In this document: piece by piece, positions 1-8,525 of the stretch | How the letters are laid out: every line of letters starts with the position of its first letter | How positions within the stretch are numbered: the stretch's first letter is position 1 | IMG/VR virus record: IMGVR_UViG_3300012013_000859 | Strand: one strand, 5' to 3' | DNA: 20,000 nucleotides | Source: an uncultured virus (IMG/VR IMGVR_UViG_3300012013_000859) | Lineage: Duplodnaviria > Heunggongvirae > Uroviricota > Caudoviricetes | Program-made: the position numbers and the translations under genes | Notes under the pieces: model-generated | The model's database searches: none | Seen by the model: only the letters and a program-made list of their open reading frames with translations | Told to the model about the DNA's origin: nothing

Positions 1-254
1 TCTACAAATTTTTGTCGCAATTCACACATTTTAACATATAAATCACCAATTTGTTGCACTACAGTTTCAATTTGAAATGGTAAAACTTTTGGAGCAGTAG
101 TATTACCTTGGGGTGTTTCAGGATTTGCTTTGGTAATATCCATATTATAAAATGGGTTATCATTTGAACCGGGGCCAACACTTGTGGTCTGCCTATCTGC
201 ATCAGCTATTTGCTGATCTTCACGTATAAGAAAATTAAAACGGTTTTTTTGCAT
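1..254 (-). CDS. Hypothetical protein, N-terminal part (runs off the left window edge); probable late gene
   Basis: Manually translated open frame from ATG at 254: MQKNRFNFLIREDQQIADADRQTTSVGPGSNDNPFYNMDITKANPETPQGNTTAPKVLPFQIETVVQQIGDLYVKMCELRQKFV..., with no stop before base 1. TAAATA lies just upstream. Not in the ORF track. Confidence 0.75.
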   Translation of the reverse strand, partial: MQKNRFNFLIREDQQIADADRQTTSVGPGSNDNPFYNMDITKANPETPQGNTTAPKVLPFQIETVVQQIGDLYVKMCELRQKFV

Positions 255-259
255 ATAAT

Positions 260-265
260 TATTTA
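260..265 (-). promoter_or_regulatory. T4-late-type promoter core (TAAATA) for the leftward ORF
   Basis: Minus strand reads CCTAAATAATTAT-ATG; matches the core of the gp55-dependent TATAAATA element. Confidence 0.5.
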
Positions 266-272
266 GGGGTAA

Positions 273-280
273 TATAAATA
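273..280 (+). promoter_or_regulatory. T4 late promoter consensus TATAAATA
   Basis: Exact TATAAATA 5 nt upstream of the ATG at 286. Confidence 0.7.
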
Positions 281-285
281 ATTAA

Positions 286-738
286 ATGACAAATCTCTTT
301 GAAAATATCTTTTACCATAATCTAGTAAAAGAAGCAGCTAATGAACCAATTGTTCCTCAGGAGAATGATAATGATCAAACTACAGATGCGGAAGCAATGC
401 AAGCAACACTTGATCCTGGAACTAATCCGACAGATTTGGATGTCCAGCAACATACGTTAGTTGCAGCTCAAGCATCAGCTGCTGCCGCTGCAAAAATGGT
501 TTCTGAAGTTCAAGGCTGGGTTACACGGCTTGATGAAATGATTAAATTTCTAAACAGCACAGATCCGAAGTCTATTCAAAGCCAGTTAGCTTCTGCTGCA
601 CCAAAAAGCTTGTTCGATTCAATTAGAGTTGGTGAATCGAAGAAAATTTCTCGTGTATCTATGGATATTGCTTCTTTAAGTGAAATGTTAAAGGGTTATC
701 TTGCGGGCGCGACTGATCCAAAATATCGTGGGGTATAG
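286..738 (+). CDS. Hypothetical protein, late-expressed, possibly virion/internal head protein
   Basis: 150-aa ORF behind TATAAATA. Acidic, Ala-rich N-half, helical C-half, and L-x-E-like motifs near the N-terminus (LFE, LVKE). Confidence 0.75.
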   Translation: MTNLFENIFYHNLVKEAANEPIVPQENDNDQTTDAEAMQATLDPGTNPTDLDVQQHTLVAAQASAAAAAKMVSEVQGWVTRLDEMIKFLNSTDPKSIQSQLASAAPKSLFDSIRVGESKKISRVSMDIASLSEMLKGYLAGATDPKYRGV

Positions 739-741
739 CTT

Positions 742-1773
742 TTACTTGATTTGATTCAAAAGCAACTTTGCTTTTATACCTTGATAAGTATTCTTTACGA
801 TAAAGTCAGTACTTATTTCATTTTGATTTAAAGCAACTGCAATATCATTAAAATCTTTAAAGATCTTTCCGAACTTTTCAGGCCAAATAAAGATCTTCTG
901 CTTTTGTTCAATTAATTTTTGTGATTTCAGTTTAGAAGCATTATCAATCCATTGAGAATCTAATACCCATATCTTGTCATAGAATGGAAAGTTAGATATT
1001 TGTTCAGATTGCTTTGATGTATATAAGATATCGCTCTTCTCCTGAATGCCAGCAACGGCGATCCCGTTTTTGACGAAGCAAGCATTAAGAGGACCTTCAA
1101 ATATAAAAATCTTATCGAGATCCTTGTTGATTTGATTGATATTAAACAAACTTTTTTCACTATTAATCTTAGATATATACCTTTCTTTACTGAATGTTTC
1201 AATTCCATCAATCAACCTTGTTTGATACCAAATAATCTTACCGTTTTCATTATAAAACGGTATAACTGTACGATTTTTATGTATAAAGTCAGTTAAAGAT
1301 ATGAAAAATGCACGGGGTTTGTTAATTGCATTGAATAAATTTCGCTTTTCTAAGAATTCAAGTGAAATTTTAACAATTTTATTAGTTTTATAAAATTCTA
1401 ACTGTTGTTTATCAAATAAATTTATACAATCTTTAGGTAGAGCTTCGACATTTACAGGTTTACTTTCAGATTTATCTGTAACAAAGTTGACTGAATAACT
1501 TTTCTCATTGAGTTCTGCTTTTATTTCAGCAAAAGTTAATTTTGTTACCTCTCTGATCCATTTGTAAGGTGAACCACTCCAACCACAATTATGACAATAT
1601 ATGTTATTGTTTTTTGGTATAAAGAATGACCGACGTTTCTTCAACCAACTTGTTCCTTCTCTACATATTGGACATGACCCTTGATAAGTTTTATTATACT
1701 TATTATACTTTGGGCTACCAACATACTGAAAGAACTTCTGTACTATGTATTCTTCAGGAAGATTAATCACCAT
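742..1773 (-). CDS. gp61: DNA primase, T4 gp61-like
   Basis: N-terminal Zn ribbon CPIC...CHNC, IPFYNENG...YQTR, RYISK, TOPRIM-like FIFEGP...VLD, and C-terminal KDFND; 343 aa. Confidence 0.92.
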   Translation of the reverse strand: MVINLPEEYIVQKFFQYVGSPKYNKYNKTYQGSCPICREGTSWLKKRRSFFIPKNNNIYCHNCGWSGSPYKWIREVTKLTFAEIKAELNEKSYSVNFVTDKSESKPVNVEALPKDCINLFDKQQLEFYKTNKIVKISLEFLEKRNLFNAINKPRAFFISLTDFIHKNRTVIPFYNENGKIIWYQTRLIDGIETFSKERYISKINSEKSLFNINQINKDLDKIFIFEGPLNACFVKNGIAVAGIQEKSDILYTSKQSEQISNFPFYDKIWVLDSQWIDNASKLKSQKLIEQKQKIFIWPEKFGKIFKDFNDIAVALNQNEISTDFIVKNTYQGIKAKLLLNQIK

Positions 1774-1776
1774 TTA

Positions 1777-1805
1777 ATAATATGGTGTTTCCGTTTAAAA
1801 ATCAA
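1777..1805 (-). promoter_or_regulatory. Sigma70-like promoter with GGAAA spacer box upstream of primase
   Basis: Minus strand TTGATT-TTTAAACGGAAACACCA(17 nt)-TATTAT; the same motif recurs upstream of three other genes. Confidence 0.65.
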
Positions 1806-1838
1806 TTCAATTACGCTATTATTTTTGAATCAAATTAA

Positions 1839-1855
1839 GTGAAAGGTGTTTTCAC
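1839..1855 (-). terminator. Weak hairpin, possible terminator or operator
   Basis: GTGAAA-N5-TTTCAC inverted repeat 10 nt after the stop of ORF 1866..2282, followed by TTAATTT on the minus strand. The stem is only 6 bp. Confidence 0.3.
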
Positions 1856-1865
1856 CAAAAACAGA

Positions 1866-2282
1866 CTACTCATCATCATTCGTGAATGTGGCTTCATTAT
1901 CATTAAGTGTAAGTAACTCCCACACATCAGCGTTAGCCATTGTATCAATACCCTTTGACTCGGCCCAATTACGTAATTCGTCTTGCAATTTTAATGTCAG
2001 CTTAATATTGTTTGTTTTGTAAGCATGTCTAATATCTGTTTGCAATTTATTAAATTCAGGGTATCTATTAACACCTTGACCTTCTGCTAAGATTTCTTTA
2101 CGATTCGCAGCATTTAACACTTTAACAAGCCCCCTACGAAGGAACTCACCAGATGCATGATCATACCAGGTTGCTTCAACATAAATCTTATCGCCAATTT
2201 TCTTTTCAGTAATTTTTGGCATACAGGTTGTTCCACTAATAGGTGAAATAATTTTGTTTGGGTTAACACGTGGTTCGTACAT
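1866..2282 (-). CDS. Hypothetical protein
   Basis: 138-aa ORF, co-oriented and tightly packed, preceded by TAAATA (2288-2293, minus). Confidence 0.75.
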   Translation of the reverse strand: MYEPRVNPNKIISPISGTTCMPKITEKKIGDKIYVEATWYDHASGEFLRRGLVKVLNAANRKEILAEGQGVNRYPEFNKLQTDIRHAYKTNNIKLTLKLQDELRNWAESKGIDTMANADVWELLTLNDNEATFTNDDE

Positions 2283-2286
2283 ACTA

Positions 2287-2598
2287 TTATTTATTGTTCT
2301 TATTGTATTTATATTGAGCTACCAAAAAATGTGCTAATTTTTTTGGTATTGTTTTAGCTGGCTCAACTATTTTTTCAGTTAACCCTAATTGAAATTTGTC
2401 TTTCGGTATAGATCGATTAATCAATTTCGGTATAGATATAAAACAAAAATCATCTGCTATTTCTTCCGCAAACAATAGTAATTCACCACAATACTGACCA
2501 GTTACAACTGCATATAATGTTTTTGTTTCTGGTTTTGCAATTGTTGCCGGTGGTACTAAAAAGTTTGATAATTTATTGATTATTGTTATTTTGGACAT
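2287..2598 (-). CDS. Hypothetical protein
   Basis: 103-aa ORF in operon-like packing; no recognised motif. Confidence 0.65.
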   Translation of the reverse strand: MSKITIINKLSNFLVPPATIAKPETKTLYAVVTGQYCGELLLFAEEIADDFCFISIPKLINRSIPKDKFQLGLTEKIVEPAKTIPKKLAHFLVAQYKYNKNNK

Positions 2599-2893
2599 TA
2601 TTTATAAAAAATCTAGAAAAAGCAGTTGATAACGCATCAGCATCAATTTGAGATTTAGCATTGATAATAATGGTAGGTTCACCGTCAAAGTCATACCCAA
2701 TTACCATGAAAGTTTTATAAAACTCTTCAAGAGTTGAGTTTACAGCATCTGTTGTATTCTCAGTTTCTCGGCTAAAATTTTGAAGATACGTATTTAGTGA
2801 CTCTGCTATTATCTTTTTGATCTCAGTGGATGGTATGTCCTTTTTATTTGATTTTGGCTTTTTTGAGGCATTACCATCTGATCCTTTTTTCAT
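2573..2893 (-). CDS. Hypothetical protein (start revised to MKKGSDG, 106 aa)
   Basis: The track start at 2950 overlaps the upstream ORF. The ATG at 2893 lies just after the upstream stop (2898) and 5 nt after TAAATA (2899-2904). Confidence 0.7.
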   Translation of the reverse strand: MKKGSDGNASKKPKSNKKDIPSTEIKKIIAESLNTYLQNFSRETENTTDAVNSTLEEFYKTFMVIGYDFDGEPTIIINAKSQIDADALSTAFSRFFINNVQNNNNQ

Positions 2894-2897
2894 ATCA

Positions 2898-3248
2898 TTA
2901 TTTAGGTCGTTCCACATAAAATTTATTATTATCTGTAATTTGAGTAACACCCTTTTCTAATAAAAAAGTAATTATTACTTCAATTGAATCTGTTTTCAAT
3001 GAAAAGTTTTTAGGAAATAATACACCACCATCATTCAATTCAAATAATATTTCACCATTAAATGTTTTATTTTCGTAACAAGTAATATAGATTGATGTGT
3101 TACCTGGATCAACTAATATGGTCCAACTTCTTGGATCAATTTTACTATATCGTTGAAAAATTCTAATAACACACATTTTATTGTCACGTAAACGTTTAAT
3201 AAAATATCCTGGTGTGGTTAGTTTGTTGTGGTTTTTGCGATTTATCAT
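2898..3248 (-). CDS. Hypothetical protein
   Basis: 116-aa ORF whose start overlaps the clamp stop (ATGA coupling). Confidence 0.75.
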   Translation of the reverse strand: MINRKNHNKLTTPGYFIKRLRDNKMCVIRIFQRYSKIDPRSWTILVDPGNTSIYITCYENKTFNGEILFELNDGGVLFPKNFSLKTDSIEVIITFLLEKGVTQITDNNKFYVERPK

Positions 3249-3979
3249 TTTACAAGTGCGGTTGTTATATACTGTAATTTATACCCATCTCCTGAAATAT
3301 CAAATATTGCAACTCCTTTAGTTGAATTTATTTTCACGGCAATTTCAGCATTTTTTACAACATATAGCATTCTAAATACATCAAAAGATAATGGTATTGG
3401 TGTATCAATTGGTTCACCTTTGTATCCTTCTGCAATTATTGTAGAATAACAATCAATATTTGATCTTGTATGATCATTTAATTCAGCATGAATTTGACCA
3501 TTTTCTGCATAAAAATAAATTTTATTACTATCTGTTATGAATGTTGAACTTTTATGTAATTGTGTAAATTTATCATATGTAATAATAAATTCAGTATCCC
3601 ATTCGAAACTATTCACTTTGTTCAAGTTAATAGATGGAATAGTTATAATACCATTTTCTAAAAGATGATATTTAAATTTTGTATGTGATGATTTGTATTC
3701 TAAATTATTATTATTAATAGTAAATTCAACATTTGATCCGTCAATTGTTTCTAAAATCTTTATTAGTTTTTTAACATTTGGTATATTCAAATCAATTTTA
3801 GTATTTGAATCTCCTGAATAGGGTATTTCTGCAAATAAAACAACATTATTGTCTGCAGTTTTATTCAAACTTGTGATTTTATTTGAATCAATAGTTAAAA
3901 CAGATAAATCACTTATATTAGAGATTGGATTTAAAAATTTATTAATTAAATTTTCCTTCTCATTTATAGATATAATCAT
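3245..3979 (-). CDS. gp45: Sliding clamp / processivity factor, T4 gp45-like
   Basis: 244 aa with a two-domain beta-rich PCNA-like pattern (LNIPNVKKLIKIL; KFKYHL; C-terminal LQYITTAL). Located in the replication module near SSB. Confidence 0.7.
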   Translation of the reverse strand: MIISINEKENLINKFLNPISNISDLSVLTIDSNKITSLNKTADNNVVLFAEIPYSGDSNTKIDLNIPNVKKLIKILETIDGSNVEFTINNNNLEYKSSHTKFKYHLLENGIITIPSINLNKVNSFEWDTEFIITYDKFTQLHKSSTFITDSNKIYFYAENGQIHAELNDHTRSNIDCYSTIIAEGYKGEPIDTPIPLSFDVFRMLYVVKNAEIAVKINSTKGVAIFDISGDGYKLQYITTALVK

Positions 3980-3980
3980 T

Positions 3981-4475
3981 TCAATATGGTATATTATATG
4001 TCTTTATTTTTCCAGCTATTTCTTTAAGAATATTTTTTATGTCTTTCAAATCAGTATTAAATGTTCTGAACCTATCATCAATATCTGTTATTTTCTTTTC
4101 AAGTTCATGGCAATATTTTGTTTGTTCGAAAAGAAACAATAATTGCTCTTCACCAAAGCAATTTGTTTCTGATGTTTTCGTATCACCATTATCTTGAATA
4201 ATAAGATCAGGTCCACGACTTACAATTGTAACTGTTGGTTTTGATGCAGGTGCTTGTATATTGGGGGTTGGAGGCGGTGCTGTTTTTGTGGTATTACTAG
4301 CAGCCGCCTCCTTTACAATTCTGTCAGCAGTTTGCATGAATTGCTGACTTCTTGAAGATAAATTAGCAGATGTACCGACAATATTATTGTCAAGTGTTTT
4401 TAAATCACTCAATGTTGATCCCAACAACGCTAGTAGCGCGTTTGGATCGACTGGTGGATCGCTAATTTCATTCAT
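3981..4475 (-). CDS. Hypothetical protein (helical N-term, Pro/Thr linker, QLLFLF motif, C-terminal coiled coil)
   Basis: 164-aa ORF tightly packed between SSB and clamp. Confidence 0.75.
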   Translation of the reverse strand: MNEISDPPVDPNALLALLGSTLSDLKTLDNNIVGTSANLSSRSQQFMQTADRIVKEAAASNTTKTAPPPTPNIQAPASKPTVTIVSRGPDLIIQDNGDTKTSETNCFGEEQLLFLFEQTKYCHELEKKITDIDDRFRTFNTDLKDIKNILKEIAGKIKTYNIPY

Positions 4476-4477
4476 AT

Positions 4478-5293
4478 TTATTCAAGATCTTTCAACAAAT
4501 CTGCAACTTCTGCATCAGTTAATTCCGTATCAGGTTCAACTGTTTCAGTTTGCTCAACTGAATTTACTTTAGGTACTGTCTTCTTTACAGTCGGTGATGG
4601 GCTATTTGTAACAAAGTGTGTATTGAAAAATTCTTTCAATTCATCATACGATTTTACAGAAATAAACGATTTCAAATCATGTGTTGACTTATAAATGCTT
4701 TGAATCTTGTCTGGTGGAATATTCAAATCTACAGAATTTGTAAATCTACTTGATACAAACGTTGGAAAATCTCCCTGCATTTCAACCTTGATCTTCAAGT
4801 TGACACCATCTGGTGATAAATCAAAAATCTTTGGTCCCAACTCATCAGCATCTTCGTTAATTGCAGCACTGATAATTTTTTCAAGTTGCTTACCGTATCG
4901 AATAATTTTCACTGTTCCTTTATTATCAGGATTCTTGGAATCTTCAACAATATATACGTTACATGCATATTTTTCTTGTCGACGAATTGATTCCGCTTTA
5001 CCTTTTTCTTCTTCAGAACCGGTACGAATATATCTGAAACGCTCTTCAGAAATTGGATCTCTTTCACCGAAAGTTGTCGGTGAAATAGCATTCACATCTT
5101 GCCCAGTAGCAAATGAACGCCACTTATGTACATAATATTTTAAAAATGTGTTCGATGGGTCTTTATCGTTTGGTAAAAGACGAACAACATAAGTGTTACC
5201 TGGCTCGAAACGTAGGATGTCCTTGGAACCTGCTTTTTCATCAGATTTGTTATGGCCATCTTTAATGGATTGGAATAATGATTTGTTAAACAT
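4478..5293 (-). CDS. gp32: Single-stranded DNA-binding protein, T4 gp32-like
   Basis: VVRLLP, YYVHKW, SPTTFGERDPISE, YACNVYIVEDSKNPDNKGTVKIIRYGKQL, FDLS..G.NLKIK, and an acidic tail ending DLLKDLE. Confidence 0.92.
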   Translation of the reverse strand: MFNKSLFQSIKDGHNKSDEKAGSKDILRFEPGNTYVVRLLPNDKDPSNTFLKYYVHKWRSFATGQDVNAISPTTFGERDPISEERFRYIRTGSEEEKGKAESIRRQEKYACNVYIVEDSKNPDNKGTVKIIRYGKQLEKIISAAINEDADELGPKIFDLSPDGVNLKIKVEMQGDFPTFVSSRFTNSVDLNIPPDKIQSIYKSTHDLKSFISVKSYDELKEFFNTHFVTNSPSPTVKKTVPKVNSVEQTETVEPDTELTDAEVADLLKDLE

Positions 5294-5316
5294 AATTAGA
5301 TTAATAATTTAATATA

Positions 5317-5982
5317 TTATTTGCAAATATCAACCATTTTTTTAACCTTTTTCAAGCCTTCTCTAATTAAAATTTTACATTTTTTAGATGTGTAAAATTT
5401 AGTTCTATATTGATCAATATGTTTGTAAATATCATCACCGAAAATAAATGTAAGAACTGGTGATTCAACTCGTTTCATAATTTGTTCTAATTGTTCATCA
5501 CCAAATATAGTATATATTACAATTTTATGTTCTTTAATGTGACTAACAAATAATGGCAATTGACCATTAATTTCATTGATATATTGTTGATATGTCAATT
5601 TATGGTCAATACAGTAATTTTTAATGTATAATAGTGAAGATTTAACACGTTCAAGTATTTCAATACAATCAATATCCAAATCATTTATTTTTTTTATAAA
5701 TGTAGAATATGCTTTGAATGCACGTTGTGAAATATAGAAATTTAAATCAAAAACACCGGTATCTTCTTTATATACTTCATATGGAGCTTTGAAGAAATCT
5801 TCAATAACTATATGTTTATTATTTTGTAAAACACTAGATATTTTTTTTATTAAAATATATTTTTCATCAGGAAAATTATCAAATTTCTTACGAATTGTAT
5901 ATGGCTTATTTAATGCCTGTCGGGAAATTTTTAAATACGTGTTGTAAATGGTTTGTTCAAAATTTGATAATTGATTGTTCAC
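5317..5982 (-). CDS. Probable helicase loader, T4 gp59-like
   Basis: 221-aa basic, helical protein with GTG start, directly upstream of gp32 as in T4. Size and N-terminal YxxYL pattern resemble gp59. The call is mostly synteny-based. Confidence 0.5.
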   Translation of the reverse strand: MNNQLSNFEQTIYNTYLKISRQALNKPYTIRKKFDNFPDEKYILIKKISSVLQNNKHIVIEDFFKAPYEVYKEDTGVFDLNFYISQRAFKAYSTFIKKINDLDIDCIEILERVKSSLLYIKNYCIDHKLTYQQYINEINGQLPLFVSHIKEHKIVIYTIFGDEQLEQIMKRVESPVLTFIFGDDIYKHIDQYRTKFYTSKKCKILIREGLKKVKKMVDICK

Positions 5983-5989
5983 AATTTAT

Positions 5990-6268
5990 CTAAATAATAT
6001 GAGATTTCCGTTTGATATTTAAATATTTGGAAAGGTATTTACTAGTACAAATCGTCGGATCGTATTTTAAAAACGTTTGTACTATTTCAAAATCAGTATC
6101 AACACTCAACATTTCTTTAAATATTTCCCTATAAATTGAATTTTTAAGTAAAAGTAATAAAATGTTCGGTAAATTTAGTTTTTTATTGTTAATTAAACAA
6201 ACATAACTGCAGAAACATAGAAAATAGTGGTCATTTTCTTTTTGGGTTATTGGTAATATATATCTCAT
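5990..6268 (-). CDS. Hypothetical protein
   Basis: 92-aa ORF coupled (TAATG) to the DHH gene. Confidence 0.65.
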   Translation of the reverse strand: MRYILPITQKENDHYFLCFCSYVCLINNKKLNLPNILLLLLKNSIYREIFKEMLSVDTDFEIVQTFLKYDPTICTSKYLSKYLNIKRKSHII

Positions 6269-7158
6269 TAGTTAAATAATTTACAAAATTCCATAAATCT
6301 ATCGTTTATACGTCCACCAGCCGCATAATCATGTCCACCACCATTACATAATGCACTTGCTAGTTTACCTACATGTACATCACAATTTTTTGATTTTCTG
6401 AAAGATACAGTACCACTTTTAAGATTTACAACAATAGCAACTTCAGCGTTTTTCTTTTCAATCAAGTAATCTGCAATGTCATTAATAGCATAATCTGCTA
6501 TAGCACATACTACTTTGCGTTTGCTACCTTGAATTGGTATATTTTTTCTACCATATTCTAATTCATCCTTCAACCGCTTGACACGTTTTTCATGTATATT
6601 ATAGATTGCTATGTGTTTTTCATTGAATCCTTTGTATCCTTGGTGAAATTGATTATAAAATTCAGTTATCTTATTACCAGACAAGTTCCAATAGATCACA
6701 TTTAGTATATGAGATTGTTTATGTTTTAATGCATAGCAATCATAATCATCAATATATGCAATTAAAGCTAGTTGTGAGTTAGTTAATTGTTTAATTGTTT
6801 TAGGGTCGGTTTTTTGAAACTCTTTGTAAATTAATTTTGTGCAAGATGTACAGTCATCTAAAACAACTTTAGCATTTTTGTAGTCATCTTTGATAGCAAC
6901 ATGTTGAGGGTGATGATCAAATATAGTAACATTAGGTAGATCAATAAGTTTAATTGAACTAGCTACATCCATATCTAAAATATAAATTTCTCGTTTTTTG
7001 TTATCACTGTTAGCATTAAACCAATTGGTAATTTCTTGTTCAAATGATTTAGCTGTAGTTGTATGTAACTCATATTCCTGGTTTGTAAGCCATTTCAAAA
7101 TTGTGTATGATCCTGACCCATCAAGATCTGCATCTGTCCATATAACTGGGTTGTTCAT
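6268..7158 (-). CDS. DHH/DHHA1-family phosphoesterase (RecJ/NrnA superfamily)
   Basis: Motifs DADLDG, ILD, FDHH, and C-terminal SFR...GGGHDYAAGG. Start revised to the ATG at 7158 (MNNPVIWTD), which follows TAAATA at 7170-7175. Confidence 0.9.
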   Translation of the reverse strand: MNNPVIWTDADLDGSGSYTILKWLTNQEYELHTTTAKSFEQEITNWFNANSDNKKREIYILDMDVASSIKLIDLPNVTIFDHHPQHVAIKDDYKNAKVVLDDCTSCTKLIYKEFQKTDPKTIKQLTNSQLALIAYIDDYDCYALKHKQSHILNVIYWNLSGNKITEFYNQFHQGYKGFNEKHIAIYNIHEKRVKRLKDELEYGRKNIPIQGSKRKVVCAIADYAINDIADYLIEKKNAEVAIVVNLKSGTVSFRKSKNCDVHVGKLASALCNGGGHDYAAGGRINDRFMEFCKLFN

Positions 7159-7193
7159 TGATTTGTTAGTATTTAGATTGTTACCTTTGAATA

Positions 7194-8525
7194 TCAAGTT
7201 CCTGATAACATTTCTAATGTATCTTGTGCGGAATCAGCATCATCTGTTAAGTTCGCTAATGCAATATCTTCTGTAATGGTTAACGTGGAATAGTCGATTC
7301 TAAATGCATTTGTACCATAATTTTGACCAAATCTATTTTTCATCAACCCTAATCTAATTATACCATTTTCATTATCTTCATCCAATTGAAATGCTCCAGC
7401 CATAAAATCTGCTGTTGCTGACATACCATAACTTTCACCGACACTTGCTAACGTCGGTTCAGATACTGTGTATTGAGTACGATTGAATTGTGTTAATGTA
7501 ATAATAGGGCAATTAAATGTGTAAGATAATGCACGTACTTGTTCTGATATATGTTTGACACGCTCGTATGTATTGCTACCAAATGTTGTGGTTAACAAAT
7601 TCAAATAATCCAAACATATAGCATCAATCCTAATTCCACTATTTTTTAATTTTTTAATAAATGCACCAAGTTGTCGTGGAGTGATTGTACTCGGAGGAAA
7701 CTCTTTGATGTAAATCCTGCCTTGTTTAGGATTTTGTTTCATTTCAGTTAACATTTTACTTAATGTCGCAGTATCAGTCTTTAACTGTCTGATAGGAATT
7801 TTAGATAGCGAAGAACAAAATCTTTTTGCATACATCATTTCCGACATTTCCAATGTTACAACTAAAACATTTTTTCCTTGTTTAGCGATATTTTGCGCAA
7901 TATTACCTAGTACAATACTTTTACCGATATTTGGTAATCCAGCAAAAATATACATTGATCTACCATTTGCTAAAAATCCCCCATCTAGTTTATCATCTAA
8001 CCAGTTCCATCCAGATGAAATAACTGGATCAACCCGGGTTAGTTCTTTGACAATTTTATCAGAATCTTTGAACATTTCAATTCCGTAATTAGTTGTTAAA
8101 TCTATATTACATGTCTTTTCAAATTTATCTAAAATAGCTCCGGTGTCTAGTTTATTATTTTGTAATATATCTCCTACTTCAAAAATTGTCTTGTAAACTG
8201 CACGTTCTTTTAAAAATTGTTCAGTATTACGATATAATTCTTCTTCATTAAATTGTTTATCAATATCACTAATTTCAGATAATACTGTTTTGAAAGCATT
8301 TTTATCAGCTGCTGTGGTTAAAAAATTACGTATTTCTGTGTTTGTTGGTAATGCATTGTTTCTTTCAAAGAAATTTTTAATAGTTGTGAACACGTGACGT
8401 TTTGATTCACAACTGATGTAGTCATATTCTACATTATCAACAACTATTGAAAAATATTGTTCATCAGTTAAACATTTGTATATAAATGTTTTTTCAAATT
8501 GCGCTAAGTTTAATTTTGTTGACAT
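7194..8525 (-). CDS. gp41: Replicative DnaB-like helicase, T4 gp41-like
   Basis: Walker A AGLPNIGKS, TLEMSE, IKEFPP, Walker B LDYLNL, TQFNR, ESYG..ATADF, KNRFG; 443 aa. Confidence 0.95.
   Translation of the reverse strand: MSTKLNLAQFEKTFIYKCLTDEQYFSIVVDNVEYDYISCESKRHVFTTIKNFFERNNALPTNTEIRNFLTTAADKNAFKTVLSEISDIDKQFNEEELYRNTEQFLKERAVYKTIFEVGDILQNNKLDTGAILDKFEKTCNIDLTTNYGIEMFKDSDKIVKELTRVDPVISSGWNWLDDKLDGGFLANGRSMYIFAGLPNIGKSIVLGNIAQNIAKQGKNVLVVTLEMSEMMYAKRFCSSLSKIPIRQLKTDTATLSKMLTEMKQNPKQGRIYIKEFPPSTITPRQLGAFIKKLKNSGIRIDAICLDYLNLLTTTFGSNTYERVKHISEQVRALSYTFNCPIITLTQFNRTQYTVSEPTLASVGESYGMSATADFMAGAFQLDEDNENGIIRLGLMKNRFGQNYGTNAFRIDYSTLTITEDIALANLTDDADSAQDTLEMLSGT

Noticed and set aside
463..492. 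GCN-type tandem repeat
   Set aside because: It simply encodes an Ala-rich stretch (AAQASAAAAA) of the 286..738 protein.
4478..5293. gp32 lacks the T4 Zn-binding cysteines
   Set aside because: Zn-free gp32 variants with an S.TT.G..DP motif are known in many non-enteric T4-like phages, so this is not novel.
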